A stretch of 64,000 bases of DNA from Acidobacteriota bacterium (GTDB lineage: Bacteria > Acidobacteriota > Vicinamibacteria > Fen-336). The stretch is from assembly GCA_011526565.1 (NCBI GenBank), contig WYBL01000116.1, positions 3,019 through 67,018 on the forward strand, read 5' to 3'. Shown here in pieces: positions 24,536 to 34,755 of the stretch (position 1 is the first letter of the stretch; each line of letters opens with the position of its first letter). The translations under genes and the position numbers were made by a program. The notes below the pieces were generated by a model that was not told the DNA's origin, made no database searches, and was given only the letters and a program-made list of their open reading frames with translations.

Positions 24536-26185
24536 TTAGGGTGAGACGGCCCCCCAGTCGATCTCGTAGAGGCGATCGCCGTCTTCGGCGACGTGGACGA
24601 GGACGAACGTGCGCGCGGCGTCCATCGCGGGCACCAGCCGCCCCAGCGTCGGGAAGGCCCCCGCGCGCACGACCACGTAGCGGGTGTCGGGGAACCGCTC
24701 GCGGAGCAGCCGGAGCGGCCGCGAGGCGTCGACGTCGCCGGGGTCGCCGCGGCGCCAGTGGTTGCGCACCTGGCGCTGCAGCGCGAGGTTGTAGGGCGGG
24801 CCGAACGCGGCGAGGCCGTTGACGAACGGGTAGCCCGTGCGCGCGGCCCACACCAGCAGGTCCGGGTTGGTCGGAGCCACCTCGAGCACGGGCGCCCGCG
24901 GGCGGCGCACGAGCTCGGCGTAGACCGGGGCCAGTCCCGGCGCCACCTCGCGCACCTTCTGTGGCGGCGACCAGGCCTCGGCGGCGGCGGCGGCCAGCAG
25001 CAGCGATCCGAGCAGGGCGCCGCGTCCAGGGGGCTGATCGGCCCGCAGTCGCGCCGTGGCAAGACCGGCCATCACCGCCAGCAGCATCAGGGCCAGCGCG
25101 CCGAAGCTGCACGGGTGCCGCATCTGCTCGAAGCCGGGCAGGAACGAGAGCAGCGCCCACGGGCCGGGGAACTCGAGGCCGGGCAGGATCACCCGCGGGC
25201 CGAAGGAGAGCGCGAAGAGGATGGCCGCGAGAGCGGCCCACAGCCGCACCCCGGGCACCCGCCGCCGCAGGCCCTCGATCGCCAGCAGCGGCGCCACCAC
25301 GCCGGGGAAGGCGGCCTCGCCGCCGGTGCCCAGCAGCGCGCCCCACAGGTAGCCGGTGCTGGTCAGGTCGCGGGCGGGCTGGAAGGAGTACGTGACCGCT
25401 TCGGCCGCCGAGCGCTGCATCGGGATCAGCTCCGCGAGCGCGGCGAAGGCCCGCAGGTAGGGCCACGTGAGCACCAGCGCGATCGCCGCGGCCGCGGCGG
25501 CGTGGGCGAAGAAGCGCCGGTCGCCGAAGCGGCGCCAGTGCGCCGCGCCGAACAGCACGGCGAAGACGGCGAGGATCAGGGCGTAGTAGCCCGAGGACTG
25601 CGCGCTCAGCGAGAACGACACCCCGGCCAGCATGGCGTCGCGGGCGCGGGGCTTCTCCGCGAGGCGCGTGATCGCCAGCAGGAACAGCGCGATCCAGCCC
25701 GTCGAGATCAGGTTGAGGTGGGGCAGGTGCAGGGTCTGGTGCGAGTCGTGGGTCGCCATCAGGCCCGCCAGCGCGCCGGCCAGGCGGTCGCCCGTGCGGT
25801 CGTGGACCAGCTTGTGGAACGCCCAGCCCGAGAACGCCAGCGCGAACAGCGTGGCCAGGTTGAACAGCGGGATCGGATCGTCGATCAGCAGCCGCAGCGG
25901 CCAGACGAGGATGCCCGATCCCAGCGCGAAGTCGGCGTACAGCAGCGACCAGGGCGAGGGGTGGAAGACGTTCGCGTGGAAGAACGAGTCGCGGAGCAGG
26001 TGCCCGGTGGTCCAGTGGACCGCGAACATCTCCATCGCCGGGTCGGTCCCGGCCAGCGTCGCGCCGAAGAGATCGCGACCGAGCGGCCAGGTGAACGCGA
26101 CGGCCAGCGCCAGGAAGCCGGCGGCGACTGCGAGTTCGACCGCGAAAGGAGCCACCCCCTCCCGCAACCGGCCAGCTCTCTCCAC
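24536..26185 (-). CDS. Polytopic membrane protein, GT-C-like glycosyltransferase/DUF (function unknown)
   Basis: >=10 predicted TM helices then soluble C-terminal domain; 11 bp upstream of YyaL-AKR gene. Confidence 0.55.
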   Translation of the reverse strand: MERAGRLREGVAPFAVELAVAAGFLALAVAFTWPLGRDLFGATLAGTDPAMEMFAVHWTTGHLLRDSFFHANVFHPSPWSLLYADFALGSGILVWPLRLLIDDPIPLFNLATLFALAFSGWAFHKLVHDRTGDRLAGALAGLMATHDSHQTLHLPHLNLISTGWIALFLLAITRLAEKPRARDAMLAGVSFSLSAQSSGYYALILAVFAVLFGAAHWRRFGDRRFFAHAAAAAAIALVLTWPYLRAFAALAELIPMQRSAAEAVTYSFQPARDLTSTGYLWGALLGTGGEAAFPGVVAPLLAIEGLRRRVPGVRLWAALAAILFALSFGPRVILPGLEFPGPWALLSFLPGFEQMRHPCSFGALALMLLAVMAGLATARLRADQPPGRGALLGSLLLAAAAAEAWSPPQKVREVAPGLAPVYAELVRRPRAPVLEVAPTNPDLLVWAARTGYPFVNGLAAFGPPYNLALQRQVRNHWRRGDPGDVDASRPLRLLRERFPDTRYVVVRAGAFPTLGRLVPAMDAARTFVLVHVAEDGDRLYEIDWGAVSP

Positions 26186-26279
26186 CGTGCCCCCACGAGG
26201 AGCGTCGATCCTACTAGAATCCGCGCTCCGCGCTTGGGGACGGAGGCGAAGGACCTTGGATCACGGACGGCGGACGTCG

Positions 26280-26675
26280 ATGGCGGCGATGGCGGCGGGA
26301 CTGCTGGCGGCGTGCGGCGGTAGCGGGGGCGACTCGCCCACCGGCCCGACCCAGCTCGTGGTCGAGGACATCACGATCGGCACCGGGGCCACCGCGGCCG
26401 TCGGCGACACGGTCACCGTGCACTACGTCGGCACGCTGCTCAACGGCACGCAGTTCGACAGCTCGTATCCCTCGGGACGGCCGTTCACCTTCCGCATCGG
26501 CGCCGGCCAGGTGATCCAGGGCTGGGAGCAGGGCGTGCCCGGCATGCGCGTCGGCGGCAAGCGGCGGCTGACGATCCCGCCGAGCCTCGGCTACGGCAGC
26601 CAGGCCAACGGCCCGATCCCTGCCAACTCGACGCTGCGCTTCGAGATCGAGCTGCTGTCGATCGCCGGCAAGTGA
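26280..26675 (+). CDS. FKBP-type peptidyl-prolyl cis-trans isomerase lipoprotein
   Basis: Lipobox MAAMAAGLLAACGG; FKBP core VTVHYVGTLLNGTQFDSSY...FRIGAGQVIQGWEQGVPGMRVGGKRRLTIPPSLGYG. Confidence 0.8.
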   Translation: MAAMAAGLLAACGGSGGDSPTGPTQLVVEDITIGTGATAAVGDTVTVHYVGTLLNGTQFDSSYPSGRPFTFRIGAGQVIQGWEQGVPGMRVGGKRRLTIPPSLGYGSQANGPIPANSTLRFEIELLSIAGK

Positions 26676-26688
26676 TCCCCGACGCGCC

Positions 26689-26707
26689 GCGTCAGCGCTT
26701 CTGACGC
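26689..26707 (+). terminator. Short hairpin GCGTCAG-cgctt-CTGACGC after FKBP gene (no T-tract)
   Basis: 7-bp perfect stem, 5-nt loop, 14 bp after stop; weak intrinsic-terminator candidate. Confidence 0.2.
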
Positions 26708-26749
26708 ACCGCGCGTGCTCGTGATGCCCTATCCTTCGCGGACCCCGCG

Positions 26750-28609
26750 ATGGACGAGAATCCCCACGCCTCCCGCCACCAGACCGAACTGCTGCTGCAC
26801 GGGCTGCGCGCCCTGTTCGGCGAGGTCGACGAGACGTTCCTCGCCGAACTGCGCCCGCGCCTCGACTGGATCGAGCTGGCCGGCGGCGAGACGCTGTTCC
26901 GCCAGGGCGAGCGCGCCGACGACATCTACTTCGTGATCAGCGGGCGCCTGCGCGCCCACGTCGCGGACGAAGAGGGCGAGCGCGTGCTCGGCGAGATCAT
27001 GCGCGGCGAGACGATCGGCGAGATGGCGATCTTCACCGGCGAGCCGCGCTCGGCGTCGATCACCGCCGTGCGCGACAGCGTGCTCGTCAGGCTGTCGCGT
27101 CCCGCGTTCGAGGCGTTGCTCGGCTCCCACCCGCTGTTGTCGATCAACGTGACGCGGCTGATCATCGACCGCCTGAAGCGCTCCAGCCACCCGCGCAACG
27201 CGGCGCGGCGCCCGGTCAACCTGTGCCTGCTGCCGATCACGCCTGGCGCCGACGGCGAGGAACTCGGCCGCGCGCTGGTCGGGCGGCTGGGGCGCTACGG
27301 CCGCGCCGTGCTGCTGACCAGCGCCGGCGTCAACGCCCAGCACGGGCCGGACGTCGCGCAGGCCGACAAGTCGCGGCCCGACGACTACCGCCGGCTGACC
27401 CGCTGGCTCGACGAGGTCGAGGCCCAGCACGACTTCCTGGTCTTCGTCGCCGACCGCGAGGCCAGCGAGTGGTCGCGCCGCTCGCTGCGCCACTCGGACG
27501 AGGTGCTGCTGCTGTGCGAGGCGGGTGCGGAGCCCGCCGTGCACCCGATGGAGCGCGACTTCCTGGAGGGCCCGGGCCGGGTCGGCGGCGCGAGCCAGAC
27601 GCTGGTGCTGCTCCACCCGCCGGGCACCACCTTCCCGCGCGGCACGAAGCGCTGGCTGGACCGCCGGCCCGTCGCCCGCCACTTCCACGTGCGCCCCCAC
27701 CTCGAGCGCGACGTCGCGCGGCTCGGCCGCATCCTCTCGGGCCACGCGATCGGCCTCGTCTTCAGCGGCGGCGGCGCCCGCGGCTTCGCGCATCTCGGCG
27801 TGCTGCGCGCGCTGGAGGAGCACGGCGTCGCGATCGACTACGTCGGCGGCACCAGCATCGGCGGGGTGATGGCCGCGCTGTGCGGCTTCGACCAGCCGGC
27901 GATGCAGGCGATCCACAACGCCCGCCGCGCCTTCAAGGCCGACCCCACGAGCGACTACAACATCGTGCCGATGATCTCGTTCATCCGCGGCCGCAAGCTG
28001 AAGCGGATCATCGAGCAGGCGGTCGAGGAGGCGGTCGGTTCGCCGTGCGACCTCGAGGACTGCTGGAAGACGGTGTTCTGCATCGCCACCAACTTCTCGC
28101 GCTCGACGGAGATGGTGCTGACCCGCGGCGACCTGGCGCGCCAGGTGCGGGCCTCGGTCTCGATCCCCGCCGCGCTGCCGCCGGTGATCCACGACGGCGA
28201 CCTGCTGGTCGACGGCGGCTGCTTCAACAACTTCCCCACCGACGTGATGGGCCGGCTCGGGGTCGGCAGGGTGATCGGAGTCGACCTGATCAAGGACGTG
28301 CGGCGGCGCCAGGAGATCGACGAGGTGCCCGGCAACTGGGACCTGCTGCGCGACAAGCTGCGCGGCCGCCGCCGCCGTTACCGGCTGCCGTCGCTGACCG
28401 CCGTGCTGCTGATGTCGACGATCCTGTACTCCAACTCGCGCCGCAAGCAGACGAAGCAGTACACCGACCTCTACTTCAACCCGGAGATGGGGCGGGTCGG
28501 CCTGCTCGAGTGGGGCCGCTTCGAGTCGATCGTCGAGCTCGGCTACCTCCACGCGAAGGAGGTGCTCGGCCGCATGACCGACGCGGAGCTCGCCCCCTAC
28601 CGCGACTGA
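26750..28609 (+). CDS. Cyclic-nucleotide-binding domain + patatin-like phospholipase (NTE-family-like)
   Basis: N-term cNMP-binding (LFRQGERADDIYFVISGRLRAH...GEMAIFTGEPRSASITA); patatin motifs GLVFSGGGARGFAHLGVLRALEE (Gly-rich), GTSIGG (GxSxG), DGG. Confidence 0.8.
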   Translation: MDENPHASRHQTELLLHGLRALFGEVDETFLAELRPRLDWIELAGGETLFRQGERADDIYFVISGRLRAHVADEEGERVLGEIMRGETIGEMAIFTGEPRSASITAVRDSVLVRLSRPAFEALLGSHPLLSINVTRLIIDRLKRSSHPRNAARRPVNLCLLPITPGADGEELGRALVGRLGRYGRAVLLTSAGVNAQHGPDVAQADKSRPDDYRRLTRWLDEVEAQHDFLVFVADREASEWSRRSLRHSDEVLLLCEAGAEPAVHPMERDFLEGPGRVGGASQTLVLLHPPGTTFPRGTKRWLDRRPVARHFHVRPHLERDVARLGRILSGHAIGLVFSGGGARGFAHLGVLRALEEHGVAIDYVGGTSIGGVMAALCGFDQPAMQAIHNARRAFKADPTSDYNIVPMISFIRGRKLKRIIEQAVEEAVGSPCDLEDCWKTVFCIATNFSRSTEMVLTRGDLARQVRASVSIPAALPPVIHDGDLLVDGGCFNNFPTDVMGRLGVGRVIGVDLIKDVRRRQEIDEVPGNWDLLRDKLRGRRRRYRLPSLTAVLLMSTILYSNSRRKQTKQYTDLYFNPEMGRVGLLEWGRFESIVELGYLHAKEVLGRMTDAELAPYRD

Positions 28610-28616
28610 AGGCCGC

Positions 28617-29153
28617 TCACAGGTCGTCCTTCAGGAACGCCTCGCGGGCCGTGACCTTGGTCTCGACCAGGTCGGCGTTCGAGAGCCCGATCGCCAGCGC
28701 CACCTTGCGCACGAAGTACTCCTCGTGGCCCGCGAGCTCGGCGTCGGCATAGGCCAGGCGCCACAGGTTGAGCACGATCTCGCGGCGCTGCGGCATGTCG
28801 GCGTTGGCGCGGATCGCGTTGAGCAGCTCCGGCAGCGGCGTGCGTCCGACCTTGTCCTCGGCGACCCGCACCAGCATCAGCGCGGCGTCCCCGCGCAGGC
28901 CGAGGGCGCGCTCGAGGGCCGCCATCAGGGCCAGGTGCTCGTCCGTCTTCAGCTCGTGGTCGGCGCGGGCCACCTGCAGGAACAGCACGGCGGTGGCGAG
29001 CTGGACCGCCTCCGGGGAGAGGTCGACGGGCGGTGCCCCGACGAGGGCGCTGGCGAACGCCTGGCGCGCGGCCGCGCGCCGCCCCTCGAAGACGTCGGTG
29101 ATCGCGGCGAGCAGGGCGCCCTCCAGCTCGTCCGGCACCAGGTGGTCGAGCAT
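28617..29153 (-). CDS. TerB-like (tellurite-resistance/DjlA-N-like) family protein
   Basis: Two helical TerB-like halves; weak family call from composition/pattern only. Confidence 0.45.
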   Translation of the reverse strand: MLDHLVPDELEGALLAAITDVFEGRRAAARQAFASALVGAPPVDLSPEAVQLATAVLFLQVARADHELKTDEHLALMAALERALGLRGDAALMLVRVAEDKVGRTPLPELLNAIRANADMPQRREIVLNLWRLAYADAELAGHEEYFVRKVALAIGLSNADLVETKVTAREAFLKDDL

Positions 29154-29204
29154 GTCCGCCTCCCCGACCGCGACCCTACGAAGTCTGCGCCCCCCGCGTC
29201 AACC

Positions 29205-29576
29205 TCAGATCCGCTCGGGGTCGCGCACCGTGCGCGCCTCGACGACCTCGCCCGTGTTGACGACGCCGCGGCGCTCGAACAGCAACACGTGGCACTCGGC
29301 GTCGGCGACCGGCCGGTGCTCGACGCCGCGCGGCACGACCAGCAGTTGCGAGGGCCCCAGCTCGGCGACGCCGTCGCGGAACTCGATGCGCAGGCGGCCG
29401 GAGAGGACCAGGAACAGCTCGTCTTCGGCCTCGTGGCGGTGCCACACGAACTCCCCGTGCAGCTTCGCCAGCTTGACGTCGTAGCCGTCGACCTCGGCGA
29501 TCCGCTTCGGGGTCCAGGTCTCGGAGAACGAGGCGAGCTTGGCGCCGAGGTCGACGACGGGCGGGACCCCGTTCAA
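29205..29576 (-). CDS. Cupin-domain protein
   Basis: GEFVWHRHEAEDELFLVLSGRLRIEF...LLVVPRGVEHRP (cupin His motifs); TTG start overlapping upstream stop (TTGA); start uncertain. Confidence 0.55.
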   Translation of the reverse strand: MNGVPPVVDLGAKLASFSETWTPKRIAEVDGYDVKLAKLHGEFVWHRHEAEDELFLVLSGRLRIEFRDGVAELGPSQLLVVPRGVEHRPVADAECHVLLFERRGVVNTGEVVEARTVRDPERI

Positions 29577-30073
29577 CCGCGCGACTCGCGCCAGGCGGCG
29601 ACGTTGCGCTCGATCTGCCGCGCGTGGTTCTCCACGTGGGCGGCGTAGGAGCGCAGCCAGTCGCACGCCGAGTACGGGCCCGACTCGGTGTGGCGGCCCG
29701 CGCGCGCCCACGCCGCGTCCGGCAGTCTTCGGGCGAGGGCCGCCGTGTGCGCGCGCACGGCGTCGACCACCGCGAGGGCGACCTCCGCCGGGTGCGCGTG
29801 GTAGTCGTGCTCGCGGGCCCACGCCTCCTGGTCGTAGCCGACGATCAGCGGCTCCTTCTCCGTGACCAGATACCGCAGGCGCAGCGCCGCGTTGGCCTCG
29901 GAGTCGGCGCAGTGCACGACCACCTCGTGGGCCGACCACGTGCCGGGCCCCGGCCGCCATTGGCGGGCCTCGGCGGGCACCACCTCCCAGGCCGCGCGCA
30001 GCCGCGCCGGCCCCTTCTCGTACTGGCGCAGCAGGGGCTCGCGTTCGGCCGCAGTCAGGACACCCGTGCTCAT
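29573..30073 (-). CDS. DinB/YfiT-like (DinB_2) family protein
   Basis: Four-helix HxxxD/HxxxH-type pattern (HEVVVHCADSE...HAAHVENH). Confidence 0.65.
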   Translation of the reverse strand: MSTGVLTAAEREPLLRQYEKGPARLRAAWEVVPAEARQWRPGPGTWSAHEVVVHCADSEANAALRLRYLVTEKEPLIVGYDQEAWAREHDYHAHPAEVALAVVDAVRAHTAALARRLPDAAWARAGRHTESGPYSACDWLRSYAAHVENHARQIERNVAAWRESRG

Positions 30074-30105
30074 CGAACTCCTCCGGCTCGCCCCCGGGGA
30101 ATCGT

Positions 30106-31149
30106 TCAGCGCTTCTTCGGCGCCTCGACGATGCGCAGCAGGTCGGAGAGCAGCGCATACGCGGTCTGGTCGACCCCGCCGCGGCCCTCGACGATCGCCA
30201 CCTCGCGCATCAGGTCGGTCTCCAGCACCAGCACGCCGTCGACGTCGTCGAGCGCCAGCGGGTCGCCGGCCGGTACCGCTTCCGGCCCGACCGAGATGCG
30301 GACGCGGCCGGCCTCGCGGCGGGCGCGGGCGACCAGCCGCAGCCGCTCGCCGCGGGCGCGGGCCTCGCGGGCCTCGCGCTCCACGCCCGGCCCGATCCCG
30401 GCCCGCACGACGTCCGCGGGCTCCACGTCGGCGTCGAGCAGCGCGTTGGCCAGCGCGCAGGCCTTGACGGCGGCGTCCCAGCCGTCGACGTCGAGCGAGG
30501 GGTCGGCCTCGGCCACGCCCAGCTTCTGCGCGTCGGCCAGCGCCTCCTCGTAGCTGAGGCCGCGCGAGGCGTCGGAGAGGATGCGGGTGGTCGTCGAGTT
30601 GAGCAGGCCACGGAAGCCGTTGACCTTCGCGCCGCGCAGGCAGGTCTCGACCAGGTTGAAGATCGGGGCGCCGTCCATCACCACGCCCTCGTGCAGGAAG
30701 TGCACTTTCTTCGACCGGGCCAGCGCCATCAGCTTCTTGCGGGCGAACGCGACCGGGCCCTTGTTGGCCGTGATCACGTGGAGGCCGCGGCCCAGCGCCG
30801 CGCGGATGTGGGCCGTGGCCGGCTCTCCGCCACGCACGTCGAGCGTGGAGATCTCGATCACCACGTCGGCGGGCACCGACTTCACGAACTCGAGCGCCGA
30901 AGCCGGCGCCTTGCGCCCGCGGTGCAGCGGCTCGAGCGAGCGCCCGGCCTTGACCAGGTGCAGGGCCTTGCCGAGCGGCAGCCCCTTCGGGTCGATCGCG
31001 GTCCCGTGGCGACGGGTGGCGATGCCCGTGATCGTGACCGCCACCCCCGCGGCCTTCAACTCCTTGCCGTAGCGACCGGCGAGCTGCTCCGCGAAGTAGC
31101 GACCGACGTTGCCGAACCCGACCAGGGCCAGACGCAGCGGACGTGCCAT
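30106..31149 (-). CDS. hom: Homoserine dehydrogenase
   Basis: NAD-binding LALVGFGNVGRYF, catalytic-domain motifs ANKGPVA, NLVETC, AEADPSLDVDGWDAAVK. Confidence 0.85.
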   Translation of the reverse strand: MARPLRLALVGFGNVGRYFAEQLAGRYGKELKAAGVAVTITGIATRRHGTAIDPKGLPLGKALHLVKAGRSLEPLHRGRKAPASALEFVKSVPADVVIEISTLDVRGGEPATAHIRAALGRGLHVITANKGPVAFARKKLMALARSKKVHFLHEGVVMDGAPIFNLVETCLRGAKVNGFRGLLNSTTTRILSDASRGLSYEEALADAQKLGVAEADPSLDVDGWDAAVKACALANALLDADVEPADVVRAGIGPGVEREAREARARGERLRLVARARREAGRVRISVGPEAVPAGDPLALDDVDGVLVLETDLMREVAIVEGRGGVDQTAYALLSDLLRIVEAPKKR

Positions 31150-31306
31150 AACGAGGCGGGATTGTAACCGCGGCGGCGTCTTTTTGCCCCCGGGCGGTTG
31201 CCGGGCCGGGAGCGGTCGGCTACTTTAGGGGGGTCCGTGCTCTCGCGGACCCGATGTGCGGGTGGCTTTCGCGCAGATCCTGCGGGAAGTCGCCCTAGGA
31301 GTGTGC

Positions 31307-32200
31307 ATGACGTCATTGCCGTTCCGGCGCCCGAGCGCCGCGCTCCTCCTGCTCCTGCTGACCTCGTGCGGCGGGGGCGGTTCTTCTCCGGCCGCACCCA
31401 GCACTCCTCCGACGGGCAACACCACTCCGACCCCCACGCCGGCGCCGACCGCGACGCCGACTCCCACCCCGGGCGGCGGCACCGCGGCCGCGAGCTGCAC
31501 CGCCCTCGGCTACGGCGTCTGGGACGCCCCCTGCTCGCGCAGCGGCGGTCAGTTCACGGAAGTCGTGATGTCCGCCATCAACCAGCTCCAGCGGGAGAAG
31601 CCGGGCCTGTTCGACACCACGCAGTTCGCGGGGGGCAACCCCGAGCAGTGGCGGGTGCTCGACGCGTCCGCCTACTACCAGGGCGTGATGGAGGTCCTCG
31701 GCCGCAACGGCTACTGCGCGAACCTGCTGGCCACCACGATCTCGGTCAAGACCTCCAACTCCTTCTCGGAGGACTTCGACGTGATGCTCAGCTCGGGCCA
31801 CGTCCGGCGAGGCGAGGCGGCCTACCGCAACACCTGCCAGCCCGCCAACTTCCCCGCCAACCCGGTCGAGATGATCAACCGCGTCCGGGTCGGCTTCTTC
31901 GAGATCCGCTGCCCCGACGGGCGCACGCCGCCCCGCAACGGCGAGAACACGCTGCCGATCGGCTGCCTCGGCACCGTCACGGCGACGCCCAAGGACAGGG
32001 ACGACCACGACGTGCCGGCCTCCGTCCACGGCCCCGACATCGAGTGGGAGCTGCTCCAGGACGGCTTCATCGCCGACATCGGCGACGACCCGGTCAGCAA
32101 GTTCAACATGTTCGTCTCGGCCCACAACCCCGGAAGCTTCGAGCTGTGCGCCACCGTGCAGACGATCCGCGGCTGCATGAGGGGCACGGTCATCGAGTAG
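31307..32200 (+). CDS. Lipoprotein with Pro/Thr-rich linker and Cys-rich globular domain, function unknown
   Basis: Lipobox LLLLLLTSCGGGG; linker PTGNTTPTPTPAPTATPTPTPGG; 8 Cys in mature domain. Confidence 0.55.
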   Translation: MTSLPFRRPSAALLLLLLTSCGGGGSSPAAPSTPPTGNTTPTPTPAPTATPTPTPGGGTAAASCTALGYGVWDAPCSRSGGQFTEVVMSAINQLQREKPGLFDTTQFAGGNPEQWRVLDASAYYQGVMEVLGRNGYCANLLATTISVKTSNSFSEDFDVMLSSGHVRRGEAAYRNTCQPANFPANPVEMINRVRVGFFEIRCPDGRTPPRNGENTLPIGCLGTVTATPKDRDDHDVPASVHGPDIEWELLQDGFIADIGDDPVSKFNMFVSAHNPGSFELCATVQTIRGCMRGTVIE

Positions 32201-32209
32201 GAGGAGATC

Positions 32210-33325
32210 ATGGTTCTCGGCCTGTTCGGGGGAACCGACGTCGGGGACCTGATCGCGAAGAAGAAGTACGCGCGGGCCATCGAGGTCCTCGGCGAGCAGC
32301 TTCGCCGGGGCACCTCGGACCCGCGCGTCCGCAACCAGCTCGCGGACGTGCTGATCATGGCCGGCCGCGAGAAGGAAGCGGTGCCGGTGCTGATCGAGCT
32401 GGCGGACGAGTACGCCCGCGTCAACCAGGCCCCGCGCGCGATCGCGCTGCTCAAGAAGATCGAGCGCATCGACCCCGGCCGTCGCGACGTCGACCAGAAG
32501 CTGGCCTCGCTGATCCGCGACAAGAAGCCGAAGGCCAAGGCCCCGGCGGGCGGCGGCTGGCAGCCCTACGAGGAAGGCGGCCTGAGCACCGGCGGCTCGG
32601 TGTTCGACGCCTCCCACTTCGAGCCCTCGCCGTACACGGGCCAGGAGTCGGTCGCCGCGGCGAAGAAGGCGTCGTGGGAACCCGACATCGGGACCCGGAA
32701 GGAGGAGGCGCCCGGCGCGCCTGCGCCCCCCGACTTCCCTGCGATCCAGCTCCCGCCCGAGCCCGACGAGCCGCCGATGTTCTCGCAGGAGATGTTCCGC
32801 GGCCAGGTGCTCGACGTGATCCAGCAGGTGCTGCAGTCGCCTGCCGTGCCACCCCCGGCGCCACTCGCGACCGCGCCGGCCGTGACGGCCGAAGGCGAAG
32901 AGCCGCTGATCGAGGTCGAGCCGGAGCCGGAACTCGTGACGAGCCCGCTGTTCGGCGACATGTCGGAGGACGAGCTGATCGCGTTCATGCGCGGCCTGCG
33001 GCTGCTGAGCTTCGAGCCCGGCGACGTGATCCTGACCGAGGGCCACCCGGGCGACTCGCTGTTCGTGGTCTCGAGCGGCCTGGTCAAGGCCTTCGTCAAG
33101 GACCAGGGAGCCACCGGCCAGCGCCTCGCCCGCACGATGAAGGACGGCGACTTCTTCGGCGAGATCTCGATCCTGTCGGGCAAGCCGCGCACCGCGACGG
33201 TCACCGCGGCGACCCGCGTCGAGCTGCTGGAGATGGACCGCCCGACGCTCGACGAGATGCTGAAGCAGTACCCGCGCATCATGCAGGTCCTGCAGGACTT
33301 CTACGTCGCCCGCGCGACGGCCTGA
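32210..33325 (+). CDS. TPR-like N-terminal domain + C-terminal cyclic-nucleotide-binding domain protein
   Basis: Helical N-term (AIEVLGEQL...LADVLIMAGREKEAVPVLIELADEY), acidic/Pro linker, cNMP domain (ILTEGHPGDSLFVVSSGLVKAF...FGEISILSGKPRTATVTAATR). Confidence 0.7.
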   Translation: MVLGLFGGTDVGDLIAKKKYARAIEVLGEQLRRGTSDPRVRNQLADVLIMAGREKEAVPVLIELADEYARVNQAPRAIALLKKIERIDPGRRDVDQKLASLIRDKKPKAKAPAGGGWQPYEEGGLSTGGSVFDASHFEPSPYTGQESVAAAKKASWEPDIGTRKEEAPGAPAPPDFPAIQLPPEPDEPPMFSQEMFRGQVLDVIQQVLQSPAVPPPAPLATAPAVTAEGEEPLIEVEPEPELVTSPLFGDMSEDELIAFMRGLRLLSFEPGDVILTEGHPGDSLFVVSSGLVKAFVKDQGATGQRLARTMKDGDFFGEISILSGKPRTATVTAATRVELLEMDRPTLDEMLKQYPRIMQVLQDFYVARATA

Positions 33326-33363
33326 AGCGGGGCCTCTCGCGAGGCGAATCGAAGGGGACTGCC

Positions 33364-34158
33364 ATGATCCGGGATACGCTCCGCCGTCTCCGGCGACGCT
33401 TCGGCCGTGATCAGGAGCGCGAGGCGGAGAACATGGCTCGCGCCTACGTCGCCGAGCACCCGCGACTCGCTGAAGTCCTGGCCCACGCGGATCGGGTGTC
33501 GGGTTCGACCGGCGTCCAGCTCGCGGACTCGGTGTTCCTCCACAAGGCCGTGCTGCGGCTGCGCCCGACCACGGTCCTCGAATGCGGCACCGGGCGGTCG
33601 ACCTTCGTACTGGCTCAGGCCATGGCCGAAGCGGCGCAGCCGGGGACCCGTCCGCGCCTGGTGTCGATGGAACACGACCGGGCGTGGTTCGAGGCGGCGC
33701 TTCGTGCGTTCCCGAAGGACGAGTTCCCGTTCGTCGAGATCGTCCACTCGCCCCAGGCGCTCCACGGGTACTCGTTCGTTCGCGGCACGGTGTACAGCAG
33801 CGTGCCGACGGCGCCCTATGACCTGGTCTTCGTCGACGGCCCGGGGCAAGAAATGAGCAGCGTGCATCCGCACACGATGTGCAATCTCGATTTCATCCGC
33901 CTCGTGGAGCAATCCGACAGGCCCGTGCGGGCGATCATCGACAACCGAAAGCACACGGTGCTCGCATACACGGTGATCCTTGGCCGCGCCAAGGTGCGCT
34001 TCTTCCCCGGCGGCCGAGGGCAGGGGAGCCTCGGCATCGTGGCACCGGTAACCCGCAAGGACCTCCTGCTGGCGGACAAGATGGCCATGCGCAAGACGCT
34101 GTTTCCGGAGTTCGTGCGCATCGGAGGCGACACGCCGCTGGCCTTCCTGGAAGGCTGA
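33364..34158 (+). CDS. Putative class-I SAM-dependent methyltransferase-like protein
   Basis: Motif I-like VLECGTGRSTFVLAQAM and acidic VFVDGPG; tail of track ORF 31198..34158 from ATG 33364. Confidence 0.4.
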   Translation: MIRDTLRRLRRRFGRDQEREAENMARAYVAEHPRLAEVLAHADRVSGSTGVQLADSVFLHKAVLRLRPTTVLECGTGRSTFVLAQAMAEAAQPGTRPRLVSMEHDRAWFEAALRAFPKDEFPFVEIVHSPQALHGYSFVRGTVYSSVPTAPYDLVFVDGPGQEMSSVHPHTMCNLDFIRLVEQSDRPVRAIIDNRKHTVLAYTVILGRAKVRFFPGGRGQGSLGIVAPVTRKDLLLADKMAMRKTLFPEFVRIGGDTPLAFLEG

Positions 34159-34203
34159 CGTTCGTCAGGAAGCTGGGGCCTCGACCGGCGCCCGGCGGCG
34201 TGG

Positions 34204-34755
34204 TCAGCGCGCGGGCGGGGACGGGGGCGCGGGGCAGGCGGACACCCCGCGCTCCGCGCGGCGGGCCTCCAGCGCCTGCCCGATGCGGGCGAGCTGCTCC
34301 GCGCCCAGGTGCCGCTGCAACGTCTCGTAGAAGGCGCGCTCCTCGTAGCGGACGTGGTCGTCGAGCAGCGGGCCGAGTTCGGCGCACACCGGCCGGAGGT
34401 CGTCGCCGCGAACGAGCGCCGTGGCGAGCGACGCGGCCAGGGCCTCCATCTCGCGGTGCTCGTCCGCGATCCGCCGCACGCCCTCGGGGTCGAAGCCGCG
34501 CGCCGCGGGCAGCAGCTCCTGCTCCTCGTCGGCGAAGTGGCCGCGCATCTCCGCCTCCCAGGTCGCGAGGAACGCGCGGGCCGCGGCGACGACGGCCGGG
34601 TCGCCCGCGGGCCGCTGCGCGGCGCGCTTGAGGTCGAGGGCGCGGACCAGCACGCCATGGTGCTCGCGGGAGAGGGCGACGAGGGCGGGATCGCGGCGCA
34701 GGCCGCGGGTGCCGGGAGCCAGCGCGGGCACGACCCGCGGCGGGCGTTCGCTCAC
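34204..34755 (-). CDS. Hemerythrin-like domain protein
   Basis: HHE-type motifs (REHHGVLVRALDL, HFADEEQELLP, DEHREMEAL, DHVRYEERAFY); GTG overlaps upstream stop (GTGA). Confidence 0.65.
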   Translation of the reverse strand: MSERPPRVVPALAPGTRGLRRDPALVALSREHHGVLVRALDLKRAAQRPAGDPAVVAAARAFLATWEAEMRGHFADEEQELLPAARGFDPEGVRRIADEHREMEALAASLATALVRGDDLRPVCAELGPLLDDHVRYEERAFYETLQRHLGAEQLARIGQALEARRAERGVSACPAPPSPPAR

